Part shown: in pieces, positions 43,192 to 52,947 of the stretch | Position numbering within the stretch: position 1 is the first letter of the stretch | Layout: each line of letters opens with the position of its first letter | Assembly: GCA_963717145.1 (NCBI GenBank) | Contig: OY970325.1 | Span: forward strand, 960,001-1,024,000 | DNA length: 64,000 nt | From: an uncultured Armatimonadetes bacterium | Lineage (GTDB): Bacteria > Armatimonadota > UBA5829 > DTJY01 | Direction of reading: 5' to 3' | Notes under the pieces: model-generated | Databases searched by the model: none | What the model was told of the DNA's origin: nothing | What the model saw: the letters and a program-made list of their open reading frames with translations, nothing else | Translations under genes and position numbers: made by a program

Positions 43192-43366
43192 GGGCGCGTT
43201 TCCACGCCCGCCCGGCTCCAATCCTACGCTCCAGTGCTGGCATCAAGCGCTCATGTCCACACCAGGTTGGCCGTATGAAGCCCAATCTGCGGTTTTCCGA
43301 TCGAAACACGGGCAATATGGAGTAAATCAGGTGTGTTTACTAGGTGACAATCCGTTAACATATATG

Positions 43367-43395
43367 TTGACAAACTCAGCCGCCCGTGCTATAGT
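43367..43395 (+). promoter_or_regulatory. Sigma70 promoter
   Basis: TTGACA-17-TATAGT with extended TG. Confidence 0.8.
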
Positions 43396-43517
43396 AAAGG
43401 TAGGATGAGCGAACAACCACTCACCCGATCCGCTGAATCTGGATGGAGGCCGGAAACGGCGGATGGATGCTGCTCGGGGCCTCAGCATTCCAGTGCATGT
43501 TGAAGGGGGGTTCTACG

Positions 43518-44324
43518 ATGCAGCATAGATCTTTATGCTCGCTAGTCTGCCTTCTTACGGTTGGCTTCACAACGCAAGCCAACTCCTCCAACGACGTGTC
43601 CTTTCGCAGGCAGTCGGTACAGGGAGTGACCGCCAATGTCGTGGTCGCTAACCTGAACCGGCCGAACGTCAAAGTCAGTCCGGCTTTGGCGGAGCATGGA
43701 GTCGGGACCTCTGAAGGGTTCGGCTCGATGCTCTGTCGATTGCAGCCCGCGGCTGCAATAACCGGCACATTCTTCTGCGTAAACAGCCTCATACCTGTCG
43801 GAGACTTAGTCATCGATGGCAACGTGCTGAGCTTCGGATGCGTCGGCACAGCCATATGTTTCACTGCTGACAACCGGATCGAGTTTAGATCGACCAGGGA
43901 TGGTCGAGGCGAAAAGTGGTCCAAGTATGCATCCGTCATTTGCGGCGGCCCGAGACTCGTTCGCGAGGGCGTGGTCTGGGTCAACCCGAGATCTGAGGGG
44001 TTCAACGACCCCGGTTTCTTCCGGCCGGCCAGACGGTCCGCGATCGGCGTGACCAAGGAGAACAAGCTCCTGCTGGTCACGGTCAACAAGGCGATCTATC
44101 TCAGCCACATGGCCAGGGTCATGAGAGACCTCGGCGCGATCGATGCCATGAACCTCGACGGCGGGAGTTCGACCGGCCTTGCCTTTGGAAGCATTGTGCC
44201 GAGCCATCCCGGACGCCGGCTGACGAACCTCATCGTGGTGTACGACTCCCCGCAGAAGTATGCGCGGGTGAAGCCCATACTGAACCCACAGCCGGTGATT
44301 GCCAGTACATCGTCAAGATCATAG
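43518..44324 (+). CDS. Phosphodiester glycosidase (NAGPA) family, secreted
   Basis: GGPRL, RSAIG, AMNLDGGSS. Confidence 0.85.
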   Translation: MQHRSLCSLVCLLTVGFTTQANSSNDVSFRRQSVQGVTANVVVANLNRPNVKVSPALAEHGVGTSEGFGSMLCRLQPAAAITGTFFCVNSLIPVGDLVIDGNVLSFGCVGTAICFTADNRIEFRSTRDGRGEKWSKYASVICGGPRLVREGVVWVNPRSEGFNDPGFFRPARRSAIGVTKENKLLLVTVNKAIYLSHMARVMRDLGAIDAMNLDGGSSTGLAFGSIVPSHPGRRLTNLIVVYDSPQKYARVKPILNPQPVIASTSSRS

Positions 44325-44407
44325 TAGGGGAAAGAGATGAAAACGGGGGAGTGGAGAACGGTCAGAGAACCGATCCCACTCCCCCAGTCAATATAGCAAC
44401 TGGACAG

Positions 44408-44442
44408 AAAAAGGCAGCCCGCTCGCGAGGGGGCTGCCTTTC
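44408..44442. terminator. Intrinsic terminator
   Basis: AAAAAGGCAGCCC...GGGCTGCCTTT between convergent genes. Confidence 0.75.
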
Positions 44443-44467
44443 GTTTGTAGTGTAGATGACATCCGGA

Positions 44468-45784
44468 CTAGCCGGCGTACATCTTCATCTTCGCCTCATC
44501 GAACATCATCATTTTGTTCTCGCGATAGGACTTCTCCGCCATGCTGACGATTGTCTGCACGCGGACGCCCAGTTCGATCGGGCAGTTCGGCTGCTTGTTG
44601 TTCCGAATGCAGTCGAACATGTTCTTGTGATGCTCCTGGTGGCTCTCTCCGGAACCCTTGCGCGGCTCCGACCACTCTTCGATCTCATCGACGTAAGGCC
44701 TCTCGGGCTTCACGGTGAAGGCGTTGTCGATGTACATGGTCGCCTTGTTGAAGCGGAGCACGTCCTGAAGGCCCTGTTCGTTCACCGAGGAACCGGCGAG
44801 GTAGATCATCGGGCCGCTCGGGAACTCGACCATCACCATAGTGGCGTCGGCGACTTCTCTCTCGGGAGCGGTGCCGAGGTCGCTGTGGGTCAGATTCCCA
44901 CCGATGCAGGCGACGCGCTTCGGGAACTCCTTCATGTCCATCGCGATCATGAGCGGATGGAGGCGGTGAGGCCACAGGTCGCCGATGATTCCCGTGCCGT
45001 AGTCCCAATACTTCCTCCAGCGGAAGAAGCGATCGGGGTTCCAGGGGATCTTGGGGGCGTTTCCGAGCCACATCTTCCAGTCGACGGTCTTCTCGTTGGC
45101 GTCCGGGTCGATGTTGTAATAGTTCCACTCGCCTGTGGGAGTGTTGCGGCAGTAGCTTCCCTGCGCCCAGAGGAGCTTGCCGATCTTGCCATCCTTGACG
45201 ACCTGTCCGGCCTGATGCCAGCGCACGTCGGAGCATCCCTGCGAGCCGACCTGCACGAGCTTCTTGGTGCTCTTGGCGGTGTCCCACATCTTCATGGCGT
45301 CTTCGAGGCTGCGTGTCATCGGCTTCTCGACATATACGTGCCTGCCCGACTGCATGGCGTCGCACGAAATCTGTCCGTGCCAGTGGTCGGGAGTGGCGAT
45401 GACCACCTCGTCGATGTCCTTGCGCTCCAGGAGCTTGCGGTAGTCGCCGTAGACGTCGGCATCGGCGACGCCGGCGGACTTCTGTCCTCTGGCCCTGTGA
45501 TTGGTGAAGACATCGCAGACCGCGACGACCTTGATGTTCTGGTCCTGCTCCAGGGACTTCAGGGTACCGACGTGGCCGTTACCCATGCCGCCGATCCCGA
45601 TCACGGCGACGTTGATCCTGTCATTTGCGCCGATGACTCTCCCCGGCGCGGGGGCTACTCCGGCTGCGGCTGCCAATACCCGGTCGCTGAGGAACGAACC
45701 TGCGACCATTCCGGCGGCGGTCATGCCGGCGGACCTCATGAACTGTCGGCGGGATAGACCCTTGCTGTCCTTCTGCTCTTCCAT
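44468..45784 (-). CDS. Tat-exported Gfo/Idh/MocA oxidoreductase
   Basis: SRRQFM, IGIGGMG, ATPDHWH, YVEKP. Confidence 0.9.
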   Translation of the reverse strand: MEEQKDSKGLSRRQFMRSAGMTAAGMVAGSFLSDRVLAAAAGVAPAPGRVIGANDRINVAVIGIGGMGNGHVGTLKSLEQDQNIKVVAVCDVFTNHRARGQKSAGVADADVYGDYRKLLERKDIDEVVIATPDHWHGQISCDAMQSGRHVYVEKPMTRSLEDAMKMWDTAKSTKKLVQVGSQGCSDVRWHQAGQVVKDGKIGKLLWAQGSYCRNTPTGEWNYYNIDPDANEKTVDWKMWLGNAPKIPWNPDRFFRWRKYWDYGTGIIGDLWPHRLHPLMIAMDMKEFPKRVACIGGNLTHSDLGTAPEREVADATMVMVEFPSGPMIYLAGSSVNEQGLQDVLRFNKATMYIDNAFTVKPERPYVDEIEEWSEPRKGSGESHQEHHKNMFDCIRNNKQPNCPIELGVRVQTIVSMAEKSYRENKMMMFDEAKMKMYAG

Positions 45785-45805
45785 GTACCTGACGCTCCTT
45801 AGATG

Positions 45806-47068
45806 CTATTTTAGCTCGAACAGACTACTCTCGAGAGCGATTTTGCTCCCGGCGTTTATAGCCTCGTTGGCCTTGACTGCCACGACCGCGGCCTGGTATG
45901 CCTCCACGGGACCGCAATTGGACTTCACATTCTCACGAATGCTCCTGGTAAAGTTCTCCAGCGCGTAGAAGATTGCCTCCTTCTCGGGCGGAGGCTCTAC
46001 TTCTTTTCCGTGCTCCTGGCCCGCACCCAGTATCTTGGTGGCGTTCGCGACGAGGCAGATGCAGGACTCATCCATCTGATCTTCCTTGCGCGCGTAGACC
46101 TCCCAGCCGAGAACGGGGGCGTCGTCCTCCTTGACCATCCAGGCGCGCGTGTCTCTCAGCAGGAGCGAGGAGCTGCTGCCCTCGAACACGGCATACGTGT
46201 TGCTGAACGAACTGGTGAGAGTGGCGAAGAAGACCATGTTCACGCCGTTCGGGTATTCTATGATGCACTGGACGGTGTCGGGCACGTCGCGCCCGTCGTT
46301 CCATGCGGTGATCGATCCGAATCCGCTCACCGCCGTCGGCAACCCCTTGAGGACCCAGTTGGCCAGATCAAGATGATGGACGCCGATCTCGCCGACGAGA
46401 CCGGTCGAGGTCGCCTTCGAGATCCTCCAGTTCAGCTCGGCCTCCCGCTGGGGAGTCGGGGCCATTCGCCGCCAACTCGTCTTCTTGTTCCACTGAGCGA
46501 CCGCCTGCGAAGGAGTGCCGAGCGCGCCGGCCCGGACGAACTTCAGGACGTGGTTGTACAGCGGGTTCGACCGCCCCTGGAGACCTGCCTGGAAGACCTG
46601 CTTCGATCCCTGGGCCGCAAGTCCGATCGCCCTTGCATCCTCGATGCTCCCCGCGATCGGGGCCTCGCAGTACACGTGCTTTCCGGCCTGAAGTGCGGCG
46701 ACGACGATATCCTTGTGCTGGTGAGTCGGCGTGGCAACGACGACACATTCGACGTCGGAGGACGCCAGAAGCTGAGTGTAGTCAGCAAATGTGGCCGCGT
46801 TCGGAGCGATCTCCTTCCCCTTCTTGAGATATGGCTCGTAGGTATCGCAGATGGCCGCCACCTGCGCCGAGGGGATCGTGCCCAGGGTGGTGACGATCTC
46901 CTTGCCCCAGAGACCGAGGCCGATGACTCCGAACTTCACCGGTGGCCCTGTGACCGGCGGCGCTTCGCCCTCCTCGGCTGCAATGAGCTTATCCGTGGCC
47001 ATCAGGAGCGCCACGGTAGCGGCGGCTCCCTTGAGGAAGTCGCGCCGATCGATGCTTCCATTATTCAT
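45806..47068 (-). CDS. Tat-exported Gfo/Idh/MocA oxidoreductase (EAP instead of EKP)
   Basis: DRRDFLK, IGLGLWG, ATPTHQH, YCEAP. Confidence 0.85.
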   Translation of the reverse strand: MNNGSIDRRDFLKGAAATVALLMATDKLIAAEEGEAPPVTGPPVKFGVIGLGLWGKEIVTTLGTIPSAQVAAICDTYEPYLKKGKEIAPNAATFADYTQLLASSDVECVVVATPTHQHKDIVVAALQAGKHVYCEAPIAGSIEDARAIGLAAQGSKQVFQAGLQGRSNPLYNHVLKFVRAGALGTPSQAVAQWNKKTSWRRMAPTPQREAELNWRISKATSTGLVGEIGVHHLDLANWVLKGLPTAVSGFGSITAWNDGRDVPDTVQCIIEYPNGVNMVFFATLTSSFSNTYAVFEGSSSSLLLRDTRAWMVKEDDAPVLGWEVYARKEDQMDESCICLVANATKILGAGQEHGKEVEPPPEKEAIFYALENFTRSIRENVKSNCGPVEAYQAAVVAVKANEAINAGSKIALESSLFELK

Positions 47069-47164
47069 AGGGTTACTCCTTATATCGCGAGCGGTCCGCG
47101 TGCACGAACCCACTCTCATCCTTATATACGACGCAAACCGCCGTCATGTTTTCCGGATGTCTTT

Positions 47165-48526
47165 CTACCTCCCCGGCAGGGGCTTGATCCTTATGTTTCG
47201 GTATGCGACCGGGCTGTGGTCGCCCTGAACCATGATCGGGCCAGGGACGTCCATCTTGTCGTCGATCGCCCCGCCGGTGACACTTGCCAGAGTCTGATTG
47301 TCGACGATCTTGACGCCGTTCAGGATCACGGTGATGCTGTTGCCGATGATGGTCGCCTCAACGGTTTGCCACTCGCCCACGGGTCGGCTGGCGAACGAAC
47401 TCGGGGTGATCAGCCCGTAGACCGAGCCGTTCCCATGGACATCAGGCTTCTTCGTATCGAAGTCGTCAAGCACCTGGATCTCATACCGCCCGCGGAGATA
47501 GAGGCCGCTGTTCCCACCCTTCGGGACCTGGTACTCATATCGGATCGTGAAGTTGCGGTACTGCGCGTCGGTAATAAGGTCAGCCCCGCCCTTGCCCACG
47601 ACGAGCATCCCGTTCTGAGCGGTCCACGGGCTCGCCCCCTCGTGGCGCGGATGCCATCCCTTGAGAGTGACGCCGTCGAAGAGCGGGCGGAATCCCTGGC
47701 GCTTTTCGGTGGCGCTTACGGGCTTGGGCTTCACAGGATTTCCGTTGCCCCTCTCGAGGCCGAGAGCCCATCGGATGCCGCCCATGAGATGCTTGTGGTA
47801 CAGGTCACCCTCCATCAGGTCCTCGCGATGGCCGAGCGCGGTGTAGAATACCCGGCCTTTGCCCTCATTGCGACACCATGCGATAGGATAGTCGCCCGGT
47901 TCGCCACTGTTCGGGTGCTGGTAGAGGGTGATCAACCCGTGCATTTTTTCACGAGAGAAGTCCTTGAACTGGTAGACTTCCTCCAGTACCTTGAACTGCG
48001 CGGGAAGGTCCTTGGTCGCGGGATGATTGCGGTCTTCCACCACGCACATGACTTCAGACTGCGCGCCATGACCGATAAACTGAGCGCCGACCATGCTGAT
48101 GTACTCTTTCCATCCGGGCTTGTCGCCAACATCGCGGAAGGAATCGGTGGCTGCATGGATGCCGATGTAGCCCTTGCCGTTGCGGACGAAATCGAGAAAC
48201 GCCTGCTTGTCGGGTAGCGGAAGATCGCCGCTCGTGTTGTTGAAGACGACGGCATCGTACTTCTTCAGGCCATCCGCAGTCATCTTCTGGGCCATCTCTT
48301 CGTCGGTGCGGACATAGTCCACATCCCACTGGCCGGTCTTGTCACCCAGGTCCTTGATGATCTTCTCGCCCGTGGGGATCGAGGAGTGGTGGAAGCCTTT
48401 GGTCAGCGAGACGACCAGCAGTTGCTTCTTTGCCGTCGCCGCCTGCAGGGAAGAAACGGCGAAAACTGCGGTCGCGCAAATCACGACCAGCATCGTCCGC
48501 GCGCAGGATGCGGTATACCTTCTCAA
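47165..48526 (-). CDS. Secreted ThuA + DUF1080 fusion
   Basis: GFHHSSI, GIHAATD, GRVFYTALGH, then LFDG, NSGLY, QGDH, YRNIRI. Confidence 0.9.
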   Translation of the reverse strand: MRRYTASCARTMLVVICATAVFAVSSLQAATAKKQLLVVSLTKGFHHSSIPTGEKIIKDLGDKTGQWDVDYVRTDEEMAQKMTADGLKKYDAVVFNNTSGDLPLPDKQAFLDFVRNGKGYIGIHAATDSFRDVGDKPGWKEYISMVGAQFIGHGAQSEVMCVVEDRNHPATKDLPAQFKVLEEVYQFKDFSREKMHGLITLYQHPNSGEPGDYPIAWCRNEGKGRVFYTALGHREDLMEGDLYHKHLMGGIRWALGLERGNGNPVKPKPVSATEKRQGFRPLFDGVTLKGWHPRHEGASPWTAQNGMLVVGKGGADLITDAQYRNFTIRYEYQVPKGGNSGLYLRGRYEIQVLDDFDTKKPDVHGNGSVYGLITPSSFASRPVGEWQTVEATIIGNSITVILNGVKIVDNQTLASVTGGAIDDKMDVPGPIMVQGDHSPVAYRNIRIKPLPGR

Positions 48527-48690
48527 GTCCTTACCTCCGATATGATGGATGATACATTGTAACGCGTTTGCCAGGCGGGTTCAACTGCACCTGACGCACG
48601 CCTCCTTCCTATAGTTCCATCCGCCCGCAGTATCTCCTTCCTATGGGCATGAACACTGCATGGCAGACGAAAAATTCTCGGTTCACCTAC

Positions 48691-48719
48691 TTGACAATAG
48701 TAAAGTGAGGTTGTAAAAT
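48691..48719 (+). promoter_or_regulatory. Sigma70 promoter of csp
   Basis: TTGACA-17-TAAAAT. Confidence 0.75.
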
Positions 48720-48774
48720 GTCACAGTGACGATCTACCGGTAGCTCGGCTATCGGCAAGGAGGTAAGACGTAGC

Positions 48775-48975
48775 ATGCCTACAGGTAAGGTAAAATGGTT
48801 CAGCGACTCGAAAGGTTACGGCTTCATCGAGAGCGAGGATGGCAAGGATGTATTCGTGCATTTCTCAGCCATCCAGTCGGAAGGTTATAAGAGCCTCGCA
48901 GAAGGCCAGCAGGTGGAGTTCGAGATCGTTGACGGCGCAAAGGGACCGCAGGCTTCGAACGTCCTGGTAATGTAG
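48775..48975 (+). CDS. csp: Cold-shock protein
   Basis: GKVKWF...KGYGFI...DVFVHFS. Confidence 0.95.
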   Translation: MPTGKVKWFSDSKGYGFIESEDGKDVFVHFSAIQSEGYKSLAEGQQVEFEIVDGAKGPQASNVLVM

Positions 48976-49138
48976 GGATACCGACGCTCCGGGGGAAAAT
49001 GGCACCCCGCGGACGGAGAACTTCCCTCAAACAAACAGCGGAATGGCAGAATCCTTACCATGTCGTACAAGGGAGGTCGGCATGGTGGGGATTCCGTCAT
49101 TTATGGCAGGAATGCAAGACCTCCTAGCATTATCGGTG

Positions 49139-50704
49139 TCAGTTCGCCTGTCTCTGCAGGAACTTGGACAGTACGACCCGAGCCACAGCAAGGTCTCCGC
49201 TCGGACTCACCAGCCGGAAATCAGACCCCCCGTTTTGCCGATCTTCGAACGCGATGCCCTCCAGTACGAAGGTCTTCGTCTTCCATGCCTGAGTGCCGCC
49301 AAGCTTCACGACTTCCGGGCTCTCCTGGTATGCGTCTTCCGCCGAATCGTATTGCAGCGTGAAGGATCCCTCGAGATCGTCAAAATACGTCACAGCTACG
49401 TAGGTGACGCCAGTCGCGGGGATATTCGGACTGGCAGCGAAGTACATATACCGCTCAATGCCGATCGAGTTCGCCACCGTGACCCGACACGCCCGCCCGC
49501 CCTTCGTCGCCGAAGTCACCAGTCCGTCGCCATAGTTGTTGAGCCACAGAGCGGCTCCCCTCGTCGTTGATCCGAGATCGAGCGACGCCTCCATTACGGA
49601 GCGCAGACGAACGAGGTGCTCGTCGAGCTTCATGACGACAGTGAGTGCCCGATAGGATGCCGTACTCGGCTCGGGGAGGTATGCGATCCTGAAGCGGCCA
49701 CTCCCATTGACCATATCCACTGACCGGCTTGAAGGACTGATCGTGAGGTCGGTCTTGAGCCACGGGTAGACCGATATGCCCTTCATCTCACGGCCGGGAA
49801 ACATTGACGTGAGGCTGATCTCGGCATCGATACTGCTCTCATATGCCTTAGTGATTCTCAAGGTCGGCACGAACGGATCCGCCAGCTTCGCCTCGAACGG
49901 GTAGTCGATCGTGAATCCGCGGCCCGAGTAGTCGAATGTGAGGGACGCGATCACAGGGAAGACGGGGGCTCTGAGTTCACTCCGGCCCGGCGCTCGGACC
50001 GTATGAGTGCAGGTGGCCGAAGCTCTTGCGGGCAGAGAGGCGACTCTGCTCCCTGAACCGGGCTTCACGGACCACTCGTCAGGAGCCATCAGGCCGAATC
50101 TGAGGTTCGTGAGCCGCTCGGAAGAATGCTCCACTGTGCTTGTTACCTTGAAGTCACCGCCCGCATATACCCGATAGTCGCCGCCTTCCGAGGATGCATA
50201 CTCCATCCTCGCGCTCAACTCCAGGCCGAGGAGCGCCTGAAGGGCTTCGACCGCCAGTCGCCTCGAGTGCCGATCCGCCTGCTCATCAGCAGTTTTGGAC
50301 GCCAGCGCCTCGAGCTTCCGGGACTTCGAGAGTCCCTGAGGTGCGACTCCGCATACTTCCCTGAGCACTCGGTCAACGAAGCCGTCGGTCGGATAGATAA
50401 CATACTCGGCCATCGGTGTGGCAGCGAAGGTCATCGTTCCGCGTGAGATCGACGGGTAGACTCTCCGCAGATGCCTGTCCTCCCGGCCCAGTTCGAAAAC
50501 GACGGGTCGGAGAATGTCAAGGCCGGATACCTCGAGCTTGCCATATCGAGCATCGAGGTTGCTGACCCGGAACCCGCCGTCATCCATGGGAGCGATCGAA
50601 CAGATGAGTTTGTCCGGGGAGTCGATGCTCGGCGTTGCCCCAAATGCCGATGTGGCCATAAGGACAACCAATGCCGCCAGAATAATTATCCTGCTATTCC
50701 GCAA
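49139..50704 (-). CDS. Secreted hypothetical protein, possible Ig-like/carbohydrate-binding domains
   Basis: AGGAG RBS + TTG at 50704, signal peptide, C-terminal YFD...LQYDS...WKT...NGGSDFRL. Confidence 0.6.
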   Translation of the reverse strand: MRNSRIIILAALVVLMATSAFGATPSIDSPDKLICSIAPMDDGGFRVSNLDARYGKLEVSGLDILRPVVFELGREDRHLRRVYPSISRGTMTFAATPMAEYVIYPTDGFVDRVLREVCGVAPQGLSKSRKLEALASKTADEQADRHSRRLAVEALQALLGLELSARMEYASSEGGDYRVYAGGDFKVTSTVEHSSERLTNLRFGLMAPDEWSVKPGSGSRVASLPARASATCTHTVRAPGRSELRAPVFPVIASLTFDYSGRGFTIDYPFEAKLADPFVPTLRITKAYESSIDAEISLTSMFPGREMKGISVYPWLKTDLTISPSSRSVDMVNGSGRFRIAYLPEPSTASYRALTVVMKLDEHLVRLRSVMEASLDLGSTTRGAALWLNNYGDGLVTSATKGGRACRVTVANSIGIERYMYFAASPNIPATGVTYVAVTYFDDLEGSFTLQYDSAEDAYQESPEVVKLGGTQAWKTKTFVLEGIAFEDRQNGGSDFRLVSPSGDLAVARVVLSKFLQRQAN

Positions 50705-51641
50705 TTGGGTACTCCTGAGCCAGGCCGGCCATGCCCGCATCGATCTCCACCAGCAGGGCCTCATGGAGGGCCGGGTTCGATGTCGCCAGAATCGACTGAA
50801 CGTTGGCTTCCGATGTATCGAGCAGCCGAATCGGCCCGAGATCGTTCCCGAATGCGTCCGTAACGGTGCATCCCGCCGACTGCGCGATCAGGGCCGCAGC
50901 GGCGATATCGTAGGTGAACAGGCCTATCACCGTGCCGTGGCCTGCATCCATGAACTTCGGTTTGGCATCAGGACGCTCTCGGAAGATGCGGTTGCCGACA
51001 TCGATCACAGCGTTGAGCTGCCCCGTGACCAGGCGGGTCAACGAATATGCGGTGCTGTTATAGATGAAGAGACCGCCGCGAACCGACGACTGATCGATCA
51101 AGCTTGCGACCGATCCGAACACCATCTCCGCCGGTCGTCCGACGATCTCGAGGCTCCAGGCCATCTTGTCCAGATCGGTGTTCGGCGATAGAGTGATCGG
51201 CATCTCGCGGCCATCTTCGCGGATGGACACCGAGTCCCTGGTAGCGGTATACAGCCGGTCAGTCTTGATATCGAGGATGCAGCCGAACGAGACGTCCGCG
51301 AGCCGCACGTCGCGGTCATATGGAGCCAGCGCGACCGAGACCACGCACTGCTCGAAACCTGCCATCGCGGGCCGAGTGCCGTCTATCGGATCGACGATCA
51401 GCACGTGCTCAGGTCTCCCGAAATCGACGAGCCCTCGGTCCTCCGAGTAGTATGCGATGTCGAGTTTGCGACTCTCGATGAACTCGGTGATTGCTCGCTC
51501 AGCGACCTCGTCGATGGCAAAGGACTCATCGCCGCTGTGGGCCTTCCCGAGGGTCTGTCTGGACGATAGCTGGCCGAGATGAGGGCGGACCTTGCTACGG
51601 ATTGCGTAGGCCAACTCGACCATTGACTGTGTAATCTCCAT
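50694..51641 (-). CDS. Inositol monophosphatase/FBPase family
   Basis: SED, VDPIDGT, YDIAAA. Confidence 0.85.
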   Translation of the reverse strand: MEITQSMVELAYAIRSKVRPHLGQLSSRQTLGKAHSGDESFAIDEVAERAITEFIESRKLDIAYYSEDRGLVDFGRPEHVLIVDPIDGTRPAMAGFEQCVVSVALAPYDRDVRLADVSFGCILDIKTDRLYTATRDSVSIREDGREMPITLSPNTDLDKMAWSLEIVGRPAEMVFGSVASLIDQSSVRGGLFIYNSTAYSLTRLVTGQLNAVIDVGNRIFRERPDAKPKFMDAGHGTVIGLFTYDIAAAALIAQSAGCTVTDAFGNDLGPIRLLDTSEANVQSILATSNPALHEALLVEIDAGMAGLAQEYPIAE

Positions 51642-51669
51642 GTGTGCGAGTATACCCGCGCACCTGAGC

Positions 51670-51845
51670 AGTGTCAAGGCAGGGCGAACGCATCTTATCA
51701 AGAACAGTGTAGGAGGGATTTGCCGGGATGGCTTGTGCCCGGTAATCCCGAACGCGACATATCGACTTTCGGGATTACCGGGCACAAGCCATCCCGGCAA
51801 ATCCCTCCTACGGAATTAGATGCGTTCGCCCTGAGTGTCAAGGCA
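51670..51845. repeat. Nested palindromic element with 12-bp flanking direct repeat
   Basis: Inner 44-bp arms 51709-51752/51768-51811. Outer 16-bp arms 51680-51695/51818-51833. AGTGTCAAGGCA at 51670 and 51834. Confidence 0.85.
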
Positions 51846-51907
51846 CGCCCATTCCCCCGTTCTGCCATTCATGCTATAATCAGCCTTGTCATTTCAAGGA
51901 GGAGATC

Positions 51908-52864
51908 ATGCTGGATAGGGCCCGGGAAATACTTGAGATAGAGGGCAATGCGGTTCTGGCGCTGAGAGAGCGGCTCGACGAGTCGTTCAGCAAGGCCGTG
52001 GACCTGGTCCTGGAGTGCAAGGGGCGGATCGTCGTCACCGGCATGGGCAAGTCAGGCGCGATCGGCCGCAAGCTCGCGGGCACTCTGGCAAGCACCGGAA
52101 GCCCGGCTCTTTTCCTCCACCCGGCGGAGGGCGTCCACGGCGACCTCGGCATGGTGACTTCGCAGGACGTGGTCATCGCACTGTCGAACAGCGGCGAGAC
52201 CGATGAAATCATCTCGATCCTCCCCGTCGTCAAGCGGATCGGCGCGCGGCTGATCAGCATGTGCGGACGCTCCGAATCGGCGTTGGCGGAGTATAGCGAT
52301 GTGGTTCTCGACACCTCCGTCGAGCGGGAAGCGTGCCCACTCGGACTTGCGCCGACGACGAGCACGACGGCTCAGTTGGCCCTGGGTGATGCACTTGCGC
52401 TCACAGTCATGGAGGCGAGGCGTTTCTCCGCTGAGGACTACGCACTCTTCCATCCCGCGGGCACACTCGGTCGGCGGCTCACGATGCGCGTGGCCGATGT
52501 GATGCGATCGGGCGACCGGATGGCGATCGTGCCGGACGATGAATTGGTGAGGGACGTGCTGTTCTCGATCACCAAAGCGGGGGCCGGCGCGGCGGTCGTG
52601 GTGGACGGGGAGCAGAAGATGATCGGAATCATCACCGACGGGGATGTCCGGCGTCACATGCTGGACGACGAGCGATGCCTCCAGCGGCCGGCGAGCGAGA
52701 TCATGACCGCGAACCCGAAAACCGCCCGAGCCGATCAGCTCGCGGTTGAGGGGCTGCACCTGCTCGAGACTTTCAAGATCGGCGAAGTTCCTGTGCTCGA
52801 CGATAGCGGCAAACCGATCGGCATGCTCATGATGAAGGACCTCTTCCAGGCCGGCATCGTCTAG
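51908..52864 (+). CDS. kdsD: Arabinose-5-phosphate isomerase (SIS + CBS)
   Basis: GMGKSG, HGDLG, SNSGET, APTTST, HPAGTLG. Confidence 0.9.
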   Translation: MLDRAREILEIEGNAVLALRERLDESFSKAVDLVLECKGRIVVTGMGKSGAIGRKLAGTLASTGSPALFLHPAEGVHGDLGMVTSQDVVIALSNSGETDEIISILPVVKRIGARLISMCGRSESALAEYSDVVLDTSVEREACPLGLAPTTSTTAQLALGDALALTVMEARRFSAEDYALFHPAGTLGRRLTMRVADVMRSGDRMAIVPDDELVRDVLFSITKAGAGAAVVVDGEQKMIGIITDGDVRRHMLDDERCLQRPASEIMTANPKTARADQLAVEGLHLLETFKIGEVPVLDDSGKPIGMLMMKDLFQAGIV

Positions 52865-52947
52865 CTGGGCGAAGCATTGGCGAGCCTGGCCGAGGTTACC
52901 GGAATCAGATGGGCCAACGCTTCGCCCCTACAGGTAACGCTGTGCAT

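Noticed and set aside
46010-48217. Long antisense ORFs (also 44456-45757, 34601-35857, 13264-14439)
   Set aside because: Shadow ORFs opposite well-supported genes, expected in high-GC DNA, with no recognisable motifs.
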